A stretch of DNA of 64,000 bases from NCBI GenBank assembly GCA_021107945.1, contig JAIORV010000162.1, forward strand, positions 7,999 through 71,998, read 5' to 3'. Numbering within the stretch: the first letter of the stretch is position 1; each line of letters begins with the position of its first letter. The notes under the pieces were generated by a model. It searched no databases. It saw nothing but the letters and a program-made list of their open reading frames with translations, and had not been told where the DNA came from. The stretch comes from Vulcanimicrobiota bacterium (GTDB lineage Bacteria; Vulcanimicrobiota; JAJTBE01). Position numbers and translations under genes: made by a program. Positions 46,706-56,762 of the stretch are shown one piece after another.

Positions 46706-48907
46706 TCAGGAAACAGGCAATTCGGGGATATTAATTTCCGGTAATTCTGGAATATCGGAATCTTCCGGGTGATTTTCATCTATTTCCTGTATCTCCGGAA
46801 TATCGGAATCATAGGAACTCTCCGGGTGACTTTCATCTATTTCCGGTAATTCCGGAATATCGGAATCGTCAGAATCATCGGAACCCTGCGGGTGACTTTC
46901 ATCACTATATTCTTCCATGTCCTCCGGCAATTCCAGTAATTCAATTTCATCCGATTCATCCGACTCATCAGGCGTAATCTCCTCATCAGAAATTGCGGGA
47001 GTGTCTTTTTCTTCCAACTCTACAAAATTCTCCGGTATTTCATATGACGGTGGAGATTCCATCTCTTCCGGCATATCTGGGACCTCAGGCACTATGGGCA
47101 TTTCTTCTTCTAATGTTTCCATCTCTTTACCAAATACATATCCGTCAATGAATTTCATCATTCTCTCAAAAAGTGCGACACGAGTCTCAAGTCTTGCCAT
47201 TGAATGACCTTCCGCTTCGAAAAGTTCTTCTTCAAAAACTTTTCCTTCCATGGAAAGCTTTTCTCGAAGCTGTTCCATTTCATCTACGGGAACTCTTGGG
47301 TCGTTTTTTCCATAGAGAATTAATAATGGACAATTGATATTTTCAACGAAGTTAATCGGTGACCTGTCCTGATAATAATCAGGATCTTCTTCTATAGGTT
47401 TGAATCCATACTTCTTATCCAATATCGGTTTTAACCAGGATGCTGAATTATTATAGAACGATTCCAGATTTACCGGTCCCATAAAGTTTATGGCCGCCGC
47501 CCAGAGTTCAGGTTTTTTTGTTGCGGCCATCATTGTCATATAGCCGCCATAGCTTCCCCCTGCGACAATTACTTTTTCAACATCCGCGTTTGGATCTTCT
47601 TTGAGGAATTCCACGGCATGCGAAATATCCTGGAGATCATCGCCGCCCCAATCGTGGAACACCTTGTTCTCAAACTCCGTTCCATATCCTGTTGACCCCC
47701 TGACGTTGGGAGCCAGGACGGCAATGTCGTTGAGGAGGAATAATTGAATGAAGGGATTCCAACTGTTGAAATGCTGATGTGTGGGTCCTCCATGAATCCA
47801 GATAAGAACCGGGTACTTTTCGACATTCTCCGGCTTATAATAAAGTGCTGGAATTTCGAGTTCATCGAAAGATTTATATCTAATTCTTTCGGGCTTTACG
47901 AAGTGATCGGGCTGTAGTCCGAAGATGGTGGAATCTGTAATTTTCCTGAATGATTTTTGTTCTTTTATAAAAATCTCGGCAGGCTTGTTTGGAGTTGAAA
48001 GTAGCGACGCAATTTTATCATCGTTGTTTGAATATCTTAAACAGGCACATAGGTAGCCCTCGGGTGTTATCCTTCTTGCTGATTTTGGAGGATAATCCCA
48101 TTCAAATGCGGTTAAATGTGCATCTTCATTTTCAATATATGCGAAACGGTCTCCCTTGTGATTCCATTTTGCAAAATGCCTTTCACATTTTTTCTCCGGC
48201 ATCCACATGGTCTTCCGGGTCTCAACCTCCATAAGCACCACATTCTTTGTTCCTTTTGAGTCCGATGTGAAAGCAATGGTCTTGGAATCGGGAGAGAAAT
48301 GCGGTCCAGTGTTCTCTCCGCCGAGGCCCGCTGTCATATTTGAAACTTTCAGTGTATCCAGGTTAACGATACAGATGTCGGCTTTCAACTTATCCTGGAA
48401 ACTGGTATATGCTATTTGTTTTCCGTTTTCTGCCCAGTTGAGTTCCATCTTGAGATTCTTGGTGTCTGTCAGCCAAAAAAGTGCTTCAGTATCTATGTCC
48501 AGGGCTACTATATTATATTCCCCGTCTTTTTCCGCAATAAACCCAATCCTTGAGCTATCCGGCGACCAGTCAAAAAATGGAAGTGAAATCTTGATATCTT
48601 CCGTAATACATCTGGGAGTTCCGCCACTGGTGGAAAGTAATAATATCTTGTAATTTTCCTTTCCGCAATAGTCAACACATATAGCCATAGTCTTGCCGTC
48701 GGGGGAAAGCTTGATAGCTTTGACATCTCCCTCGTCAAGAACAGCCATTAATCTTGGGTATCCTCCTTTTGCGGGGATCGCCCAGACTCTATAATACTTT
48801 CCCAGGTTTGTTACATAAAAAACGAAATCGTCTTCCTTGCTCCATTGAAGATCGAGAATCGTCTTGTTTGCCGCCAGGTGTTTTGCAGTTATTTCACTTT
48901 TCTCCAT
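46706..48907 (-). CDS. S9-family serine peptidase (beta-propeller plus alpha/beta hydrolase) with an acidic repetitive C-terminal tail
   Basis: Nucleophile elbow VIVAGGSYGGYM. A propeller-like N-terminal half. The tail is ...DSDIPELPEIDESHPE... encoded by about 57-bp tandem repeats. Confidence 0.85.
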   Translation of the reverse strand: MEKSEITAKHLAANKTILDLQWSKEDDFVFYVTNLGKYYRVWAIPAKGGYPRLMAVLDEGDVKAIKLSPDGKTMAICVDYCGKENYKILLLSTSGGTPRCITEDIKISLPFFDWSPDSSRIGFIAEKDGEYNIVALDIDTEALFWLTDTKNLKMELNWAENGKQIAYTSFQDKLKADICIVNLDTLKVSNMTAGLGGENTGPHFSPDSKTIAFTSDSKGTKNVVLMEVETRKTMWMPEKKCERHFAKWNHKGDRFAYIENEDAHLTAFEWDYPPKSARRITPEGYLCACLRYSNNDDKIASLLSTPNKPAEIFIKEQKSFRKITDSTIFGLQPDHFVKPERIRYKSFDELEIPALYYKPENVEKYPVLIWIHGGPTHQHFNSWNPFIQLFLLNDIAVLAPNVRGSTGYGTEFENKVFHDWGGDDLQDISHAVEFLKEDPNADVEKVIVAGGSYGGYMTMMAATKKPELWAAAINFMGPVNLESFYNNSASWLKPILDKKYGFKPIEEDPDYYQDRSPINFVENINCPLLILYGKNDPRVPVDEMEQLREKLSMEGKVFEEELFEAEGHSMARLETRVALFERMMKFIDGYVFGKEMETLEEEMPIVPEVPDMPEEMESPPSYEIPENFVELEEKDTPAISDEEITPDESDESDEIELLELPEDMEEYSDESHPQGSDDSDDSDIPELPEIDESHPESSYDSDIPEIQEIDENHPEDSDIPELPEINIPELPVS
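46720..46910. repeat. About 57-bp tandem DNA repeats encoding the acidic (E/D-S-D-I-P-E-L-P-E-I) C-terminal tail of the peptidase
   Basis: Repeated CCGGTAATTCCGGAATATCGGAATC...CCGGGTGACTTTCATCTATTTCC units. Confidence 0.7.
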
Positions 48908-49085
48908 TAATTTTCACTCCTCAGGGTCCATGTATATTCGATTGCTATAAAAAAATTAAGTTTGTATCTCGGGGGATACAGATTAATGCCAAATCAATTA
49001 TTAGAGGAACTGATTGCCTCTTGAGATTTTTTCTTCTCCTGTCCGGGATTTCCTGTTTTGATCAATCATTTTAATATTCATTATA

Positions 49086-51020
49086 TTATTTTTTTGTGTC
49101 CCCATTACCTCTGCTTGATTTCTTGCGCCTTTTTAACCTTTCCAGCTCATTTATATATATATTAATGTTTTTGAAACCGGGCGCCATTTTCTTTAGTTGT
49201 GTGAAGAGTACTTCAGCTTCCTGAAGTCTCCCCAGGTACATATAGACAATTGCCATATTTCCCATAATCTCCGGTTCCTGCGGCCTGTTCCTGAAAGCAT
49301 AACGGATATGTCCGAATGCCCTCTGAAAATCTTCCATACCCATATGGCATTTCCCGATTTCATGGTGTAACGAAATTTGATCTTCAAACAACTCATCTAC
49401 TTTTTCAAAAGCCGTCAATGCTTCTACATATTGTGCAAGTGTCCGGTGACCCACTCCTTTTAAAAACCATGCTCTCCAATAATAGGGCTCAACATGCAAT
49501 ACTCTGTCAAGTAGATTAATTGCACTTTTCATCTCTCTCTTTTTCATATTATTGATTGCTTCGAGAAAAGTATCACGATTCAGAATCTGCTTCTCTTCGG
49601 TAATTCCCGCCGCAATCCGGGAGTAAAAGTAACGGGCTTCCTCGGAAATGAAAGATGAGGGAGCAAGATCAATTGTTGTCCTGGCAAACCTCTCGGCGTT
49701 TTCCCTGTCCTTCATCCGGTAATACAGTCTTGCTGCGAAAAAATTAACCGAAGGATCCTCGGGACTGCTATCCAGCGCATCAATAATATTCTTACGGGTT
49801 TTTATTAAGTCACCCAGTTTAGCATAATATATGGCCTTTGACATTTTGATATGACTGGAATCAGAAAAAAGAAATTGAGCTTTATCATAAAGCTCTTTTG
49901 CCTTGTCGAACTCCTCCAACTCCGCATATGCCTGTGCAGTGTTCAAAAGAGTATATTCCCGGTGGGGAAATAACTCAAGTCCTTTTTTGAATATCTTCAA
50001 CGCAGGTTTTATTTTGTTGATTGAAGCCAGGAAGTAGCCGTATGAATCATAAATATCGGGATTCTCTTTGTTGTATTCAAGTGCTTTATCGAATAGCTTT
50101 ATGGTGTCTTCGTTCCTGTCTGTTTGCATTTGAATGAGTGCCATATTAAACGGGATGTCGCAAAGGGATTTATCATTTTTTATTGCATTTTCAATAAACT
50201 CCATGGCCTCATCCATCCCCCGATGTCTTAATATGATTTCTGCCATTAACTTTGATGAGTCAAGATCGGTAGGATGAGCCTTCAGAATTTTTTGAATAAT
50301 TTCCTCGGCCTTTCTTGTCTCGCCAATATTTTCGAGTTGACTTGCCTGATTAACAAGAAGGGCGGTGAGCGTTTCACTATCGGAATCCTTCTGAAAGGCT
50401 GTCAATAAGAATTTCAGGAAGTCATCCTTACTTTTTTCACCCACCGGACTGAGTGGATCATTCTCCAGGGCTTCCATCAACAATTCAATAGCCTTAATTT
50501 TGGTTGAGGGTTGCTTTTCGAGCCTTTCTTTTTCATCCGGGGTCAGTCCGACTTTAAGGAAACTGATAATATTTAAAAAGAAATCGTTGATAAACTCGAG
50601 AAAATTTTCTTTTTTTCCCAGGTATGTTTTATTACATAAGATTTTCCCCTCAATTCTTGAGTAAAGCTGGACGAATAACCTTCCCGGGTCAAGCGAAATC
50701 TCTCCGCCGATCAAATAATCGGATCTATCAAATTTCTCAATGAACTCAGGTGATAGCCAGAAAGAATCAGGCAATGCTGAAAGGTATTCCGGTTTTCCTT
50801 TGCTCCTGTCCAGTGGAACAATATAACTAGTATTAAACTTTGAAATTTGATCCATCTTGATTTTCATTACCTGTGGCAATCTTCTTGAATATATTGCCTG
50901 AAGCCTGGAATCCGGTTCGATTGGATTCCTGGCAAAAATAATAAAAGATAAAGAAGGAAGAAATTTTTCCGGGGTCTTTAATATTTTTTTGCTATCGGGA
51001 AGAAAGTACTTGAAGTTCAT
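49086..51020 (-). CDS. TPR-repeat protein
   Basis: At least 10 tandem TPR units (xxAxxxYxxALxxxPxxxxAxxxLGxxY). Confidence 0.7.
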   Translation of the reverse strand: MNFKYFLPDSKKILKTPEKFLPSLSFIIFARNPIEPDSRLQAIYSRRLPQVMKIKMDQISKFNTSYIVPLDRSKGKPEYLSALPDSFWLSPEFIEKFDRSDYLIGGEISLDPGRLFVQLYSRIEGKILCNKTYLGKKENFLEFINDFFLNIISFLKVGLTPDEKERLEKQPSTKIKAIELLMEALENDPLSPVGEKSKDDFLKFLLTAFQKDSDSETLTALLVNQASQLENIGETRKAEEIIQKILKAHPTDLDSSKLMAEIILRHRGMDEAMEFIENAIKNDKSLCDIPFNMALIQMQTDRNEDTIKLFDKALEYNKENPDIYDSYGYFLASINKIKPALKIFKKGLELFPHREYTLLNTAQAYAELEEFDKAKELYDKAQFLFSDSSHIKMSKAIYYAKLGDLIKTRKNIIDALDSSPEDPSVNFFAARLYYRMKDRENAERFARTTIDLAPSSFISEEARYFYSRIAAGITEEKQILNRDTFLEAINNMKKREMKSAINLLDRVLHVEPYYWRAWFLKGVGHRTLAQYVEALTAFEKVDELFEDQISLHHEIGKCHMGMEDFQRAFGHIRYAFRNRPQEPEIMGNMAIVYMYLGRLQEAEVLFTQLKKMAPGFKNINIYINELERLKRRKKSSRGNGDTKK

Positions 51021-51039
51021 CCTTATTCCTCATTTATAA

Positions 51040-51609
51040 TTAAAGCTTCATCAAGCCGTCTATATCATCAATTTGCGCTATTTCAGGTGTTTTCTTTTCT
51101 TGAGTCTTATTTTTGTTGAGTCCTGCGATCTGCCTAAATCCCTCGGGTGTCTTTTTCTCCAACGGTACTTTGAGATCTTGCTCCAGCGAGAGAATTATTG
51201 AGTCTTTTCCAATTCCATCTTCGGGAAATGAAGCGACTCCAACATTGCCGACAGGGATAATATCGGGAAAATCATGAAAACTCATCATGTCCATCTGATT
51301 TTTTATCTTCAGGGCTACCCTTAATCCACCTTCATAGTCAGTTTCGGGAAGGAGAATAAGAATCCTGTTCCTATATCTAACCTTGATATCCAGGTAACGG
51401 GTTGTGCCCCTGGCAATATTTGCAATCTTTTTCAATGCAAGATATCCAACCTGATGGAATCTGTCTTCCGGCACACCGGGATCAATAAGAAGAAATGTTA
51501 ACGGTCTTCTATATCTCTCAGCTCTTTTTATTTCTCTTTCAAGTCCTTCTTCCAGGAAAGAATCCTTTAAAAGTCTTGTAAGTTTGTCAATCTCATCCTT
51601 GTTGTACAT
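51040..51609 (-). CDS. Degenerate GGDEF-domain protein (active-site motif replaced by RYRNR)
   Basis: RYRRPLTFLLID and ...KVRYRNRILILLPETDYEGGLRVALKI... match a GGDEF fold without the GG(D/E)EF residues. The start at 51609 has an AGGAGG RBS. Confidence 0.55.
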   Translation of the reverse strand: MYNKDEIDKLTRLLKDSFLEEGLEREIKRAERYRRPLTFLLIDPGVPEDRFHQVGYLALKKIANIARGTTRYLDIKVRYRNRILILLPETDYEGGLRVALKIKNQMDMMSFHDFPDIIPVGNVGVASFPEDGIGKDSIILSLEQDLKVPLEKKTPEGFRQIAGLNKNKTQEKKTPEIAQIDDIDGLMKL

Positions 51610-51625
51610 GAAATACCTCCTGTAA

Positions 51626-52258
51626 TCAGGAATTGCTACCTTCAAAAGTTTCTTTTTCCAACTGTAGAATTTGCTTGACCAGTTTTGCAAAGTTTTTGAT
51701 TTCTTCCCATGACAGGAAGAAATTTTTCACCACTTCAGGATCAAACTGGTGTCCGGACTGTTGCAGGATCTCTTCTTTCGCCTGCTCAAATGACATTCCT
51801 TTCCTGTAGGGTCTGTTTGTTGTCATTGCGTCAAATGAGTCGGCTAACGCTATTATTCTTGCCACAAGGGGAATCTCCTCGCCATTTAAGCTGTCGGGAT
51901 ATCCCTTTCCGTCCCATCTTTCATGGTGAGATCTGACGGACCTGAGTGCCGGTGAAAGAAATTCAACTTCCTTGAGTATCTCAACTCCTTTTTCAGGATG
52001 ACCCCTCAGGATTTGCCACTCCTCGTCGGTTAATTTTTCTACCTTTCCCATTATCTGTTCGGCGACACCGGTTTTTCCTATATCATGAAGAAGAAGACTG
52101 TATTTAAAGTTCCTGTCTTGTAAAAGTTCAGGATTCAATCTCTTTGCAATAGTACGGGCATAGAAAGCCACCCTGTCGGTATGACCCCCTATATATGCAT
52201 CCTTTAAGTCCACGGTTCGGGAGAGTGCCGCTATTGTCTTGACATATGTCTTTTCCAT
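51626..52258 (-). CDS. HD-GYP domain c-di-GMP phosphodiesterase
   Basis: LLHDIGK, HHERWDGKGYP and the metal-binding His/Asp array. Confidence 0.85.
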   Translation of the reverse strand: MEKTYVKTIAALSRTVDLKDAYIGGHTDRVAFYARTIAKRLNPELLQDRNFKYSLLLHDIGKTGVAEQIMGKVEKLTDEEWQILRGHPEKGVEILKEVEFLSPALRSVRSHHERWDGKGYPDSLNGEEIPLVARIIALADSFDAMTTNRPYRKGMSFEQAKEEILQQSGHQFDPEVVKNFFLSWEEIKNFAKLVKQILQLEKETFEGSNS

Positions 52259-52263
52259 TGCGT

Positions 52264-53715
52264 TCAGGGATTTTTTCTCTCCCTTGCAAATACTTCACTA
52301 AGCTCATGAGCATATGACAGGAGTTGTTCCTGTGTGTCCTTGAGATTTCTGGAAAGCTCTTCAATTTGCCTGGGATAGGTTTTGTTTAATTCCGCCACAA
52401 TCTCTCTTGCATCCTGATAAGATCTCGGCAGTTTTATAGTGAATATACTTCCTTTACCCACCTGACTCTCCAGGGATACCGAACCTCCGTGATCCTCAAC
52501 TACATGTTTTGCAATTGAAAGTCCGAGTCCCATGCCTCCCACATGTCTTGTGAGAAAATCGGCAACCTGGTAAAATGGACTGAATACTTTATCCTTCTTG
52601 TCCTCGGGAATTCCTTTGCCTGTATCTTGAAATTCAATTATCACGAAGATTCCCTCGTCACGACAGCGAATATCAAAAGTCCCCCCGGAATCGGTGAAGT
52701 TCAAAGCGTTATGAACAAAATGAGACAGGGCTTCCTTGAGTCTTTCATAGTCAGCTTTGATAGGCCTGAAGTCACTTTCGAACTCAAGGTTTGTTTTAAT
52801 GCCCTTGGCGTCAAATTGTGACTGATAGTCCTCCATGATGAGATTCATCAGGCTTGGCAGATGGATTTCCCTTTTCTCGAATGTCATGAGTCCGGATTTC
52901 ATACAGGAGAAATCAAGCAGTTCACCCATCAGTTCTTCCAGACGATTCGTCGCCTTGAAAATAGGTGTAAGGAAACCGGAAATATCATCTTTTAGTGATG
53001 ACTTATTTAACACTTCCTGTAAAAGATATAGATAACCCTTGATGATGCTTAACGGTGTTCTGAGTTCATGCGATACGAGAGCGATGAAGATATCCTTCAT
53101 CTTCTCCATTTCTTTCAGCTTCTCATATGCCTTGTTAAGCTCCCTGGTTTTCGCGAACTCATTCTGGTATATCTTACTGAGATCCATTGCATAGAGCATT
53201 AATTGTTCATTTTTCAATTTACTCAGTTCTTCACGGGTGCGGATCCGGTGAACTTCCAATGTTGGAGTGACTTCGTAGGCCTGACTACTTTTAGGTATAG
53301 TCGAAATATCGGTTTCAATACATTCCTTGTAAAAATGTGAATGAACTTTATTCAACAACTGGATGGGGCTGAAAGGCTTGACAAAGAAATCATCGGCTCC
53401 GGCCTTTATACCTTTTTCTTTCACCCATTCCTCGGTATTACCCGTCAGCATAACGATATATGTGTTCATATGTGGATCTGCTTTTATTCTTCTGCAGACT
53501 TCATATCCTGAAATACCTGGCATTGTAACGTCAAGAAGTATAAGATCAGGTTGAATTTTTTGAGCCATTTCCAGTGCCTGTTTTCCATTTTCCGCTTCCT
53601 GAATTTCATAACTGGCGCTGGTCAGAGTGGCGCGTGTCAACTTCCTTATGAATTCTTCATCGTCAACTAGCAGTATTCTTTTTCGCTTGTTAAGCATTAA
53701 TAAATCCTCCAACAA
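52264..53715 (-). CDS. Hybrid sensor: N-terminal receiver domain fused to a histidine kinase (HisKA and HATPase_c)
   Basis: ILLVDDEEFIRKL...DLILLDVTMPGISG. H-box SHELRTPL. G-boxes DTGKGIP and GGMGLGLSIAK. Confidence 0.85.
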   Translation of the reverse strand: MLEDLLMLNKRKRILLVDDEEFIRKLTRATLTSASYEIQEAENGKQALEMAQKIQPDLILLDVTMPGISGYEVCRRIKADPHMNTYIVMLTGNTEEWVKEKGIKAGADDFFVKPFSPIQLLNKVHSHFYKECIETDISTIPKSSQAYEVTPTLEVHRIRTREELSKLKNEQLMLYAMDLSKIYQNEFAKTRELNKAYEKLKEMEKMKDIFIALVSHELRTPLSIIKGYLYLLQEVLNKSSLKDDISGFLTPIFKATNRLEELMGELLDFSCMKSGLMTFEKREIHLPSLMNLIMEDYQSQFDAKGIKTNLEFESDFRPIKADYERLKEALSHFVHNALNFTDSGGTFDIRCRDEGIFVIIEFQDTGKGIPEDKKDKVFSPFYQVADFLTRHVGGMGLGLSIAKHVVEDHGGSVSLESQVGKGSIFTIKLPRSYQDAREIVAELNKTYPRQIEELSRNLKDTQEQLLSYAHELSEVFARERKNP

Positions 53716-53752
53716 ACCGACTGTCCTTGTGTAGATATATTACTTAAAATAA

Positions 53753-54610
53753 TCATCGGGTCTTTGTTTTGGTCTTTGTTTTGGTCTCGGGTTCATCTGT
53801 GGGGGATTCCGTATAATTAGTCGATGGACCGGGAACTTCAACTGGCTTTATCTTCACTTCGATAAGAAGCTTATTGTCTTTTACTTTTAATTTTTTTAAC
53901 TTGACCGGAAGTTTCTCGTATTCCGGGTTACTTGAAATTTCCCGGGCAAAACTTTTGGAGAATTCCTCCATGAAATCTCCTTTTGGAAATTTCAACTTGC
54001 CCATCATGAAACTGTCAAGTTTAAGCTTGAATCTGTAATCATCAACTTCGATTTTGCCTTTTGTTGTGATATTCAGGTACTGCCTGGGCTCTGCGGGCTG
54101 GTATGGAATGGATAGCTTAACACTCATCTTATCGTCAGAGTGTATCTTAATAAACATTCTGGGTGATTTTTTCCCTTTGGTATTCTGAAATTGATAATTT
54201 AATTCATCAGGAGTTAATTCCAATGATACGACTTCTTCTTTCTCATTATCAATTGCTTTTTTAAGCAGATATAGCTTCTTTGTCAGCTTCTTTTCCTCTT
54301 TCTCGGAAAGATATACGGAAGGCATTTCCAGCGGTCTGTCTGATATAAATGTATTCTTGAACCAGTGTATTCCCGCAAATATTCCGACCAGGGAAAGAAT
54401 TATAAAACCAAGGCATCCGAACATTCCACAACCGACACAGCCCATGCCAAAAAGACAGCTTTTCTTCTTGGAGCTGTCGCCATCTTTTACCGTGCCACCG
54501 GCCGGGTATGCGGAAGGAGTTGGAACTCCGGCATAATCTTTATTCTCGGGTTGCCCCATACCTTGTTGATCGGGTAAATTTCCACGTTCTGGTGACATCT
54601 TCACTTCCAC
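53753..54610 (-). CDS. Hypothetical membrane protein with a Cys/Gly-rich TM segment and a C-terminal (KT)n tail
   Basis: CLFGMGCVGCGMFGCLGFIILSLVGIFAG. C-terminus ETKTKTKTKTR, encoded by (GGTCTTTGTTTT)n. Confidence 0.5.
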   Translation of the reverse strand: MEVKMSPERGNLPDQQGMGQPENKDYAGVPTPSAYPAGGTVKDGDSSKKKSCLFGMGCVGCGMFGCLGFIILSLVGIFAGIHWFKNTFISDRPLEMPSVYLSEKEEKKLTKKLYLLKKAIDNEKEEVVSLELTPDELNYQFQNTKGKKSPRMFIKIHSDDKMSVKLSIPYQPAEPRQYLNITTKGKIEVDDYRFKLKLDSFMMGKLKFPKGDFMEEFSKSFAREISSNPEYEKLPVKLKKLKVKDNKLLIEVKIKPVEVPGPSTNYTESPTDEPETKTKTKTKTR

Positions 54611-54669
54611 CTTTGCCCTTTTAATCTTGACTGTTACATTAGTTGTTAGTGCCTGTCAGTTACTATTTA

Positions 54670-55308
54670 TCACTTTATTAGTTTATCGTTTAATAAAGTT
54701 GTCATTCTAATTATATCCTGGTCCTCGGGATATTGAATATGTAATTTCCTGAAAAGATCGAGAGCTTCGTCAAATTTTCCCATTCGATATTGAATTATTG
54801 CAATATTGTATATCGCATCCTTATAATCGGGGAGTTTTTTGATGACCGATTGGAATTCAGCCTGTGCCATTTTTAACATGCTCTTATCTTTTTTTGTAGC
54901 ATATGTTACTCCCATAGAAAACTTATCAGCAAGATCCCTGGGAAGCTCAACTTTTTCCTCGTGACAATTCTTGCCCCGGAAAAATGATTTAATCCTATCA
55001 AATATGCCGGGCTTTGGGGTAGTAATATCTCTTGAGAAATGATCCAAATGCCCGGAGCGCCTTAACTGCAAAGGAATACGAATTCTATAGCAATGCTGGT
55101 TGTCATATTCGGATCTCTTTGCCGGATCCATGACAATATCATAGGCCTCTGTCAATTGTTTCATCTTTTTCTCGGCGAAGACCTTATTATCCGGGTTGAG
55201 ATCCGGGTGATATTCTTTTGTTTTGATCTTATAAGCTACCTTTATGACCTTCCGATCATCGGTAGGATTTACACCAAGGAGCTGATAATAATTATTTTTT
55301 TCTGACAT
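54670..55308 (-). CDS. DnaJ (J-domain) protein with a C-terminal TPR-like region
   Basis: YYQLLGVNPTDDRKVIKVAYKIKTKEYHPDLNPDNK, i.e. a J domain with an HPD tripeptide. Confidence 0.75.
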   Translation of the reverse strand: MSEKNNYYQLLGVNPTDDRKVIKVAYKIKTKEYHPDLNPDNKVFAEKKMKQLTEAYDIVMDPAKRSEYDNQHCYRIRIPLQLRRSGHLDHFSRDITTPKPGIFDRIKSFFRGKNCHEEKVELPRDLADKFSMGVTYATKKDKSMLKMAQAEFQSVIKKLPDYKDAIYNIAIIQYRMGKFDEALDLFRKLHIQYPEDQDIIRMTTLLNDKLIK

Positions 55309-55781
55309 TTCCTCATCCGTTATTATAAAATTTTGTTTGTGTGGAGGGAGGAAGCCGCATACTTCAAGCTTTGTAATTCTCTATTATTATTAATATTCCT
55401 TTTGAAAGGTATCTTAATAATAATTATTGAATAGCAAGAAAAACAGGAAAGACATAGTAAGGGAATGATATCTTTCCTGTCCCGCCGACGGGGGTAAGAC
55501 CGGGTAAGGCAGTCCGTATGATCCATCAATATTTGAAATAGAATTGACTTCTTGATTGTTACCGGAATTATAGAGTATTTTATGATTTGTTAGATCATCC
55601 AATAATCCGGGTATAGTCCGGTTTTCCCACCGTCCTGAAAATGGCATAAAATAAAGGCCGTCTGCAGGTGGTTTCAGGTGACTATTTCGATTTTCGTCTC
55701 CGGATTGCCTTGAAACAAGCTCTTTTTCTGCTAATAGGTTCAGGGAGGATGTTTGCCATATATTATCGGGGGGCGTTTAAA

Positions 55782-56711
55782 ATGTATTTCTGTGAATATC
55801 TCAAGAAAATAAAGTTTAACAGGGTGGCTTTATATGTTTTATTTATATTATTGGCAATGAATCTTGCATGTTCACAAAAAACAACCACCAGGCACGATTC
55901 AATAAAGAAGTCCCCGTCTTCACCGGATAAGACCCCGTCTTCCTCGCTATTCAAGCCTTTGAATAAGAAAAAGAAGCTCGGAACAGATTCGGAAAAATTC
56001 ATTGTCCTGGGGGATGAATTATTTTTAAAAGGAGATTTCGACTCGGCCTCCATAAAATATAATTTGGCTTTGAAGGCGAATCCCTCTTCCGTGGATGCCT
56101 GTATTCGTCTTGGCGATATTTACCTGCGAAAAGGGGAATATAAAAAGTCAGGCGAATTTTTTAAAAAAGCGATAGATATTGAGCCTGAAAATAAATTTGC
56201 CAGGTTTGGATATGCCGACATACTGTTGGAGATGGGTGAAAAAGAAGACTCGGAATGGCAATTAAGGCAAGTGATTTCTTTTGACCCGAAATTTGCGCAG
56301 GCTTATACAAGTCTGGGGGATATTTACCTTGACAGTGGTAAGCAAAATAAGGCCGGGGAAATGTTCAGGAAATCCCTTGAAATTATGCCGGATCAGAATT
56401 TTCCCGATACTTACATCGGCATGGGAGAGCTTAATCTTGCAAGGTTGAAGTATCAAGAGGCGCTTGAATCTTTTAACACAGCAAAGAAAAAGGATCCTTA
56501 TGACATTGACGGTTACCTGGGGGCGGCGAGAGCATTGACGGCATTGAAGAGATATGAAGATGCCAAGAGGAATTATAAAAAAGCTCTTGAAATTTTCCCG
56601 GATCACAGGGAAGCTTGTGAGATGTTAGTGGAGTTTTACAAGGATCGCGGAATGCATGATAAAGCAAAAAAACTCAGGGATAAGTTGCCTGTTCCTGATT
56701 TGCAGCCTTGA
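55782..56711 (+). CDS. TPR-repeat lipoprotein
   Basis: Signal peptide with lipobox (LAMNLACSQ) if started at the ATG at 55782. Six or more TPR units. Confidence 0.7.
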   Translation: MYFCEYLKKIKFNRVALYVLFILLAMNLACSQKTTTRHDSIKKSPSSPDKTPSSSLFKPLNKKKKLGTDSEKFIVLGDELFLKGDFDSASIKYNLALKANPSSVDACIRLGDIYLRKGEYKKSGEFFKKAIDIEPENKFARFGYADILLEMGEKEDSEWQLRQVISFDPKFAQAYTSLGDIYLDSGKQNKAGEMFRKSLEIMPDQNFPDTYIGMGELNLARLKYQEALESFNTAKKKDPYDIDGYLGAARALTALKRYEDAKRNYKKALEIFPDHREACEMLVEFYKDRGMHDKAKKLRDKLPVPDLQP

Positions 56712-56762
56712 TATGGGTGTTTTACTAATTACTACAAAGAGCGCTGAGGACGCAGAGTTTTC

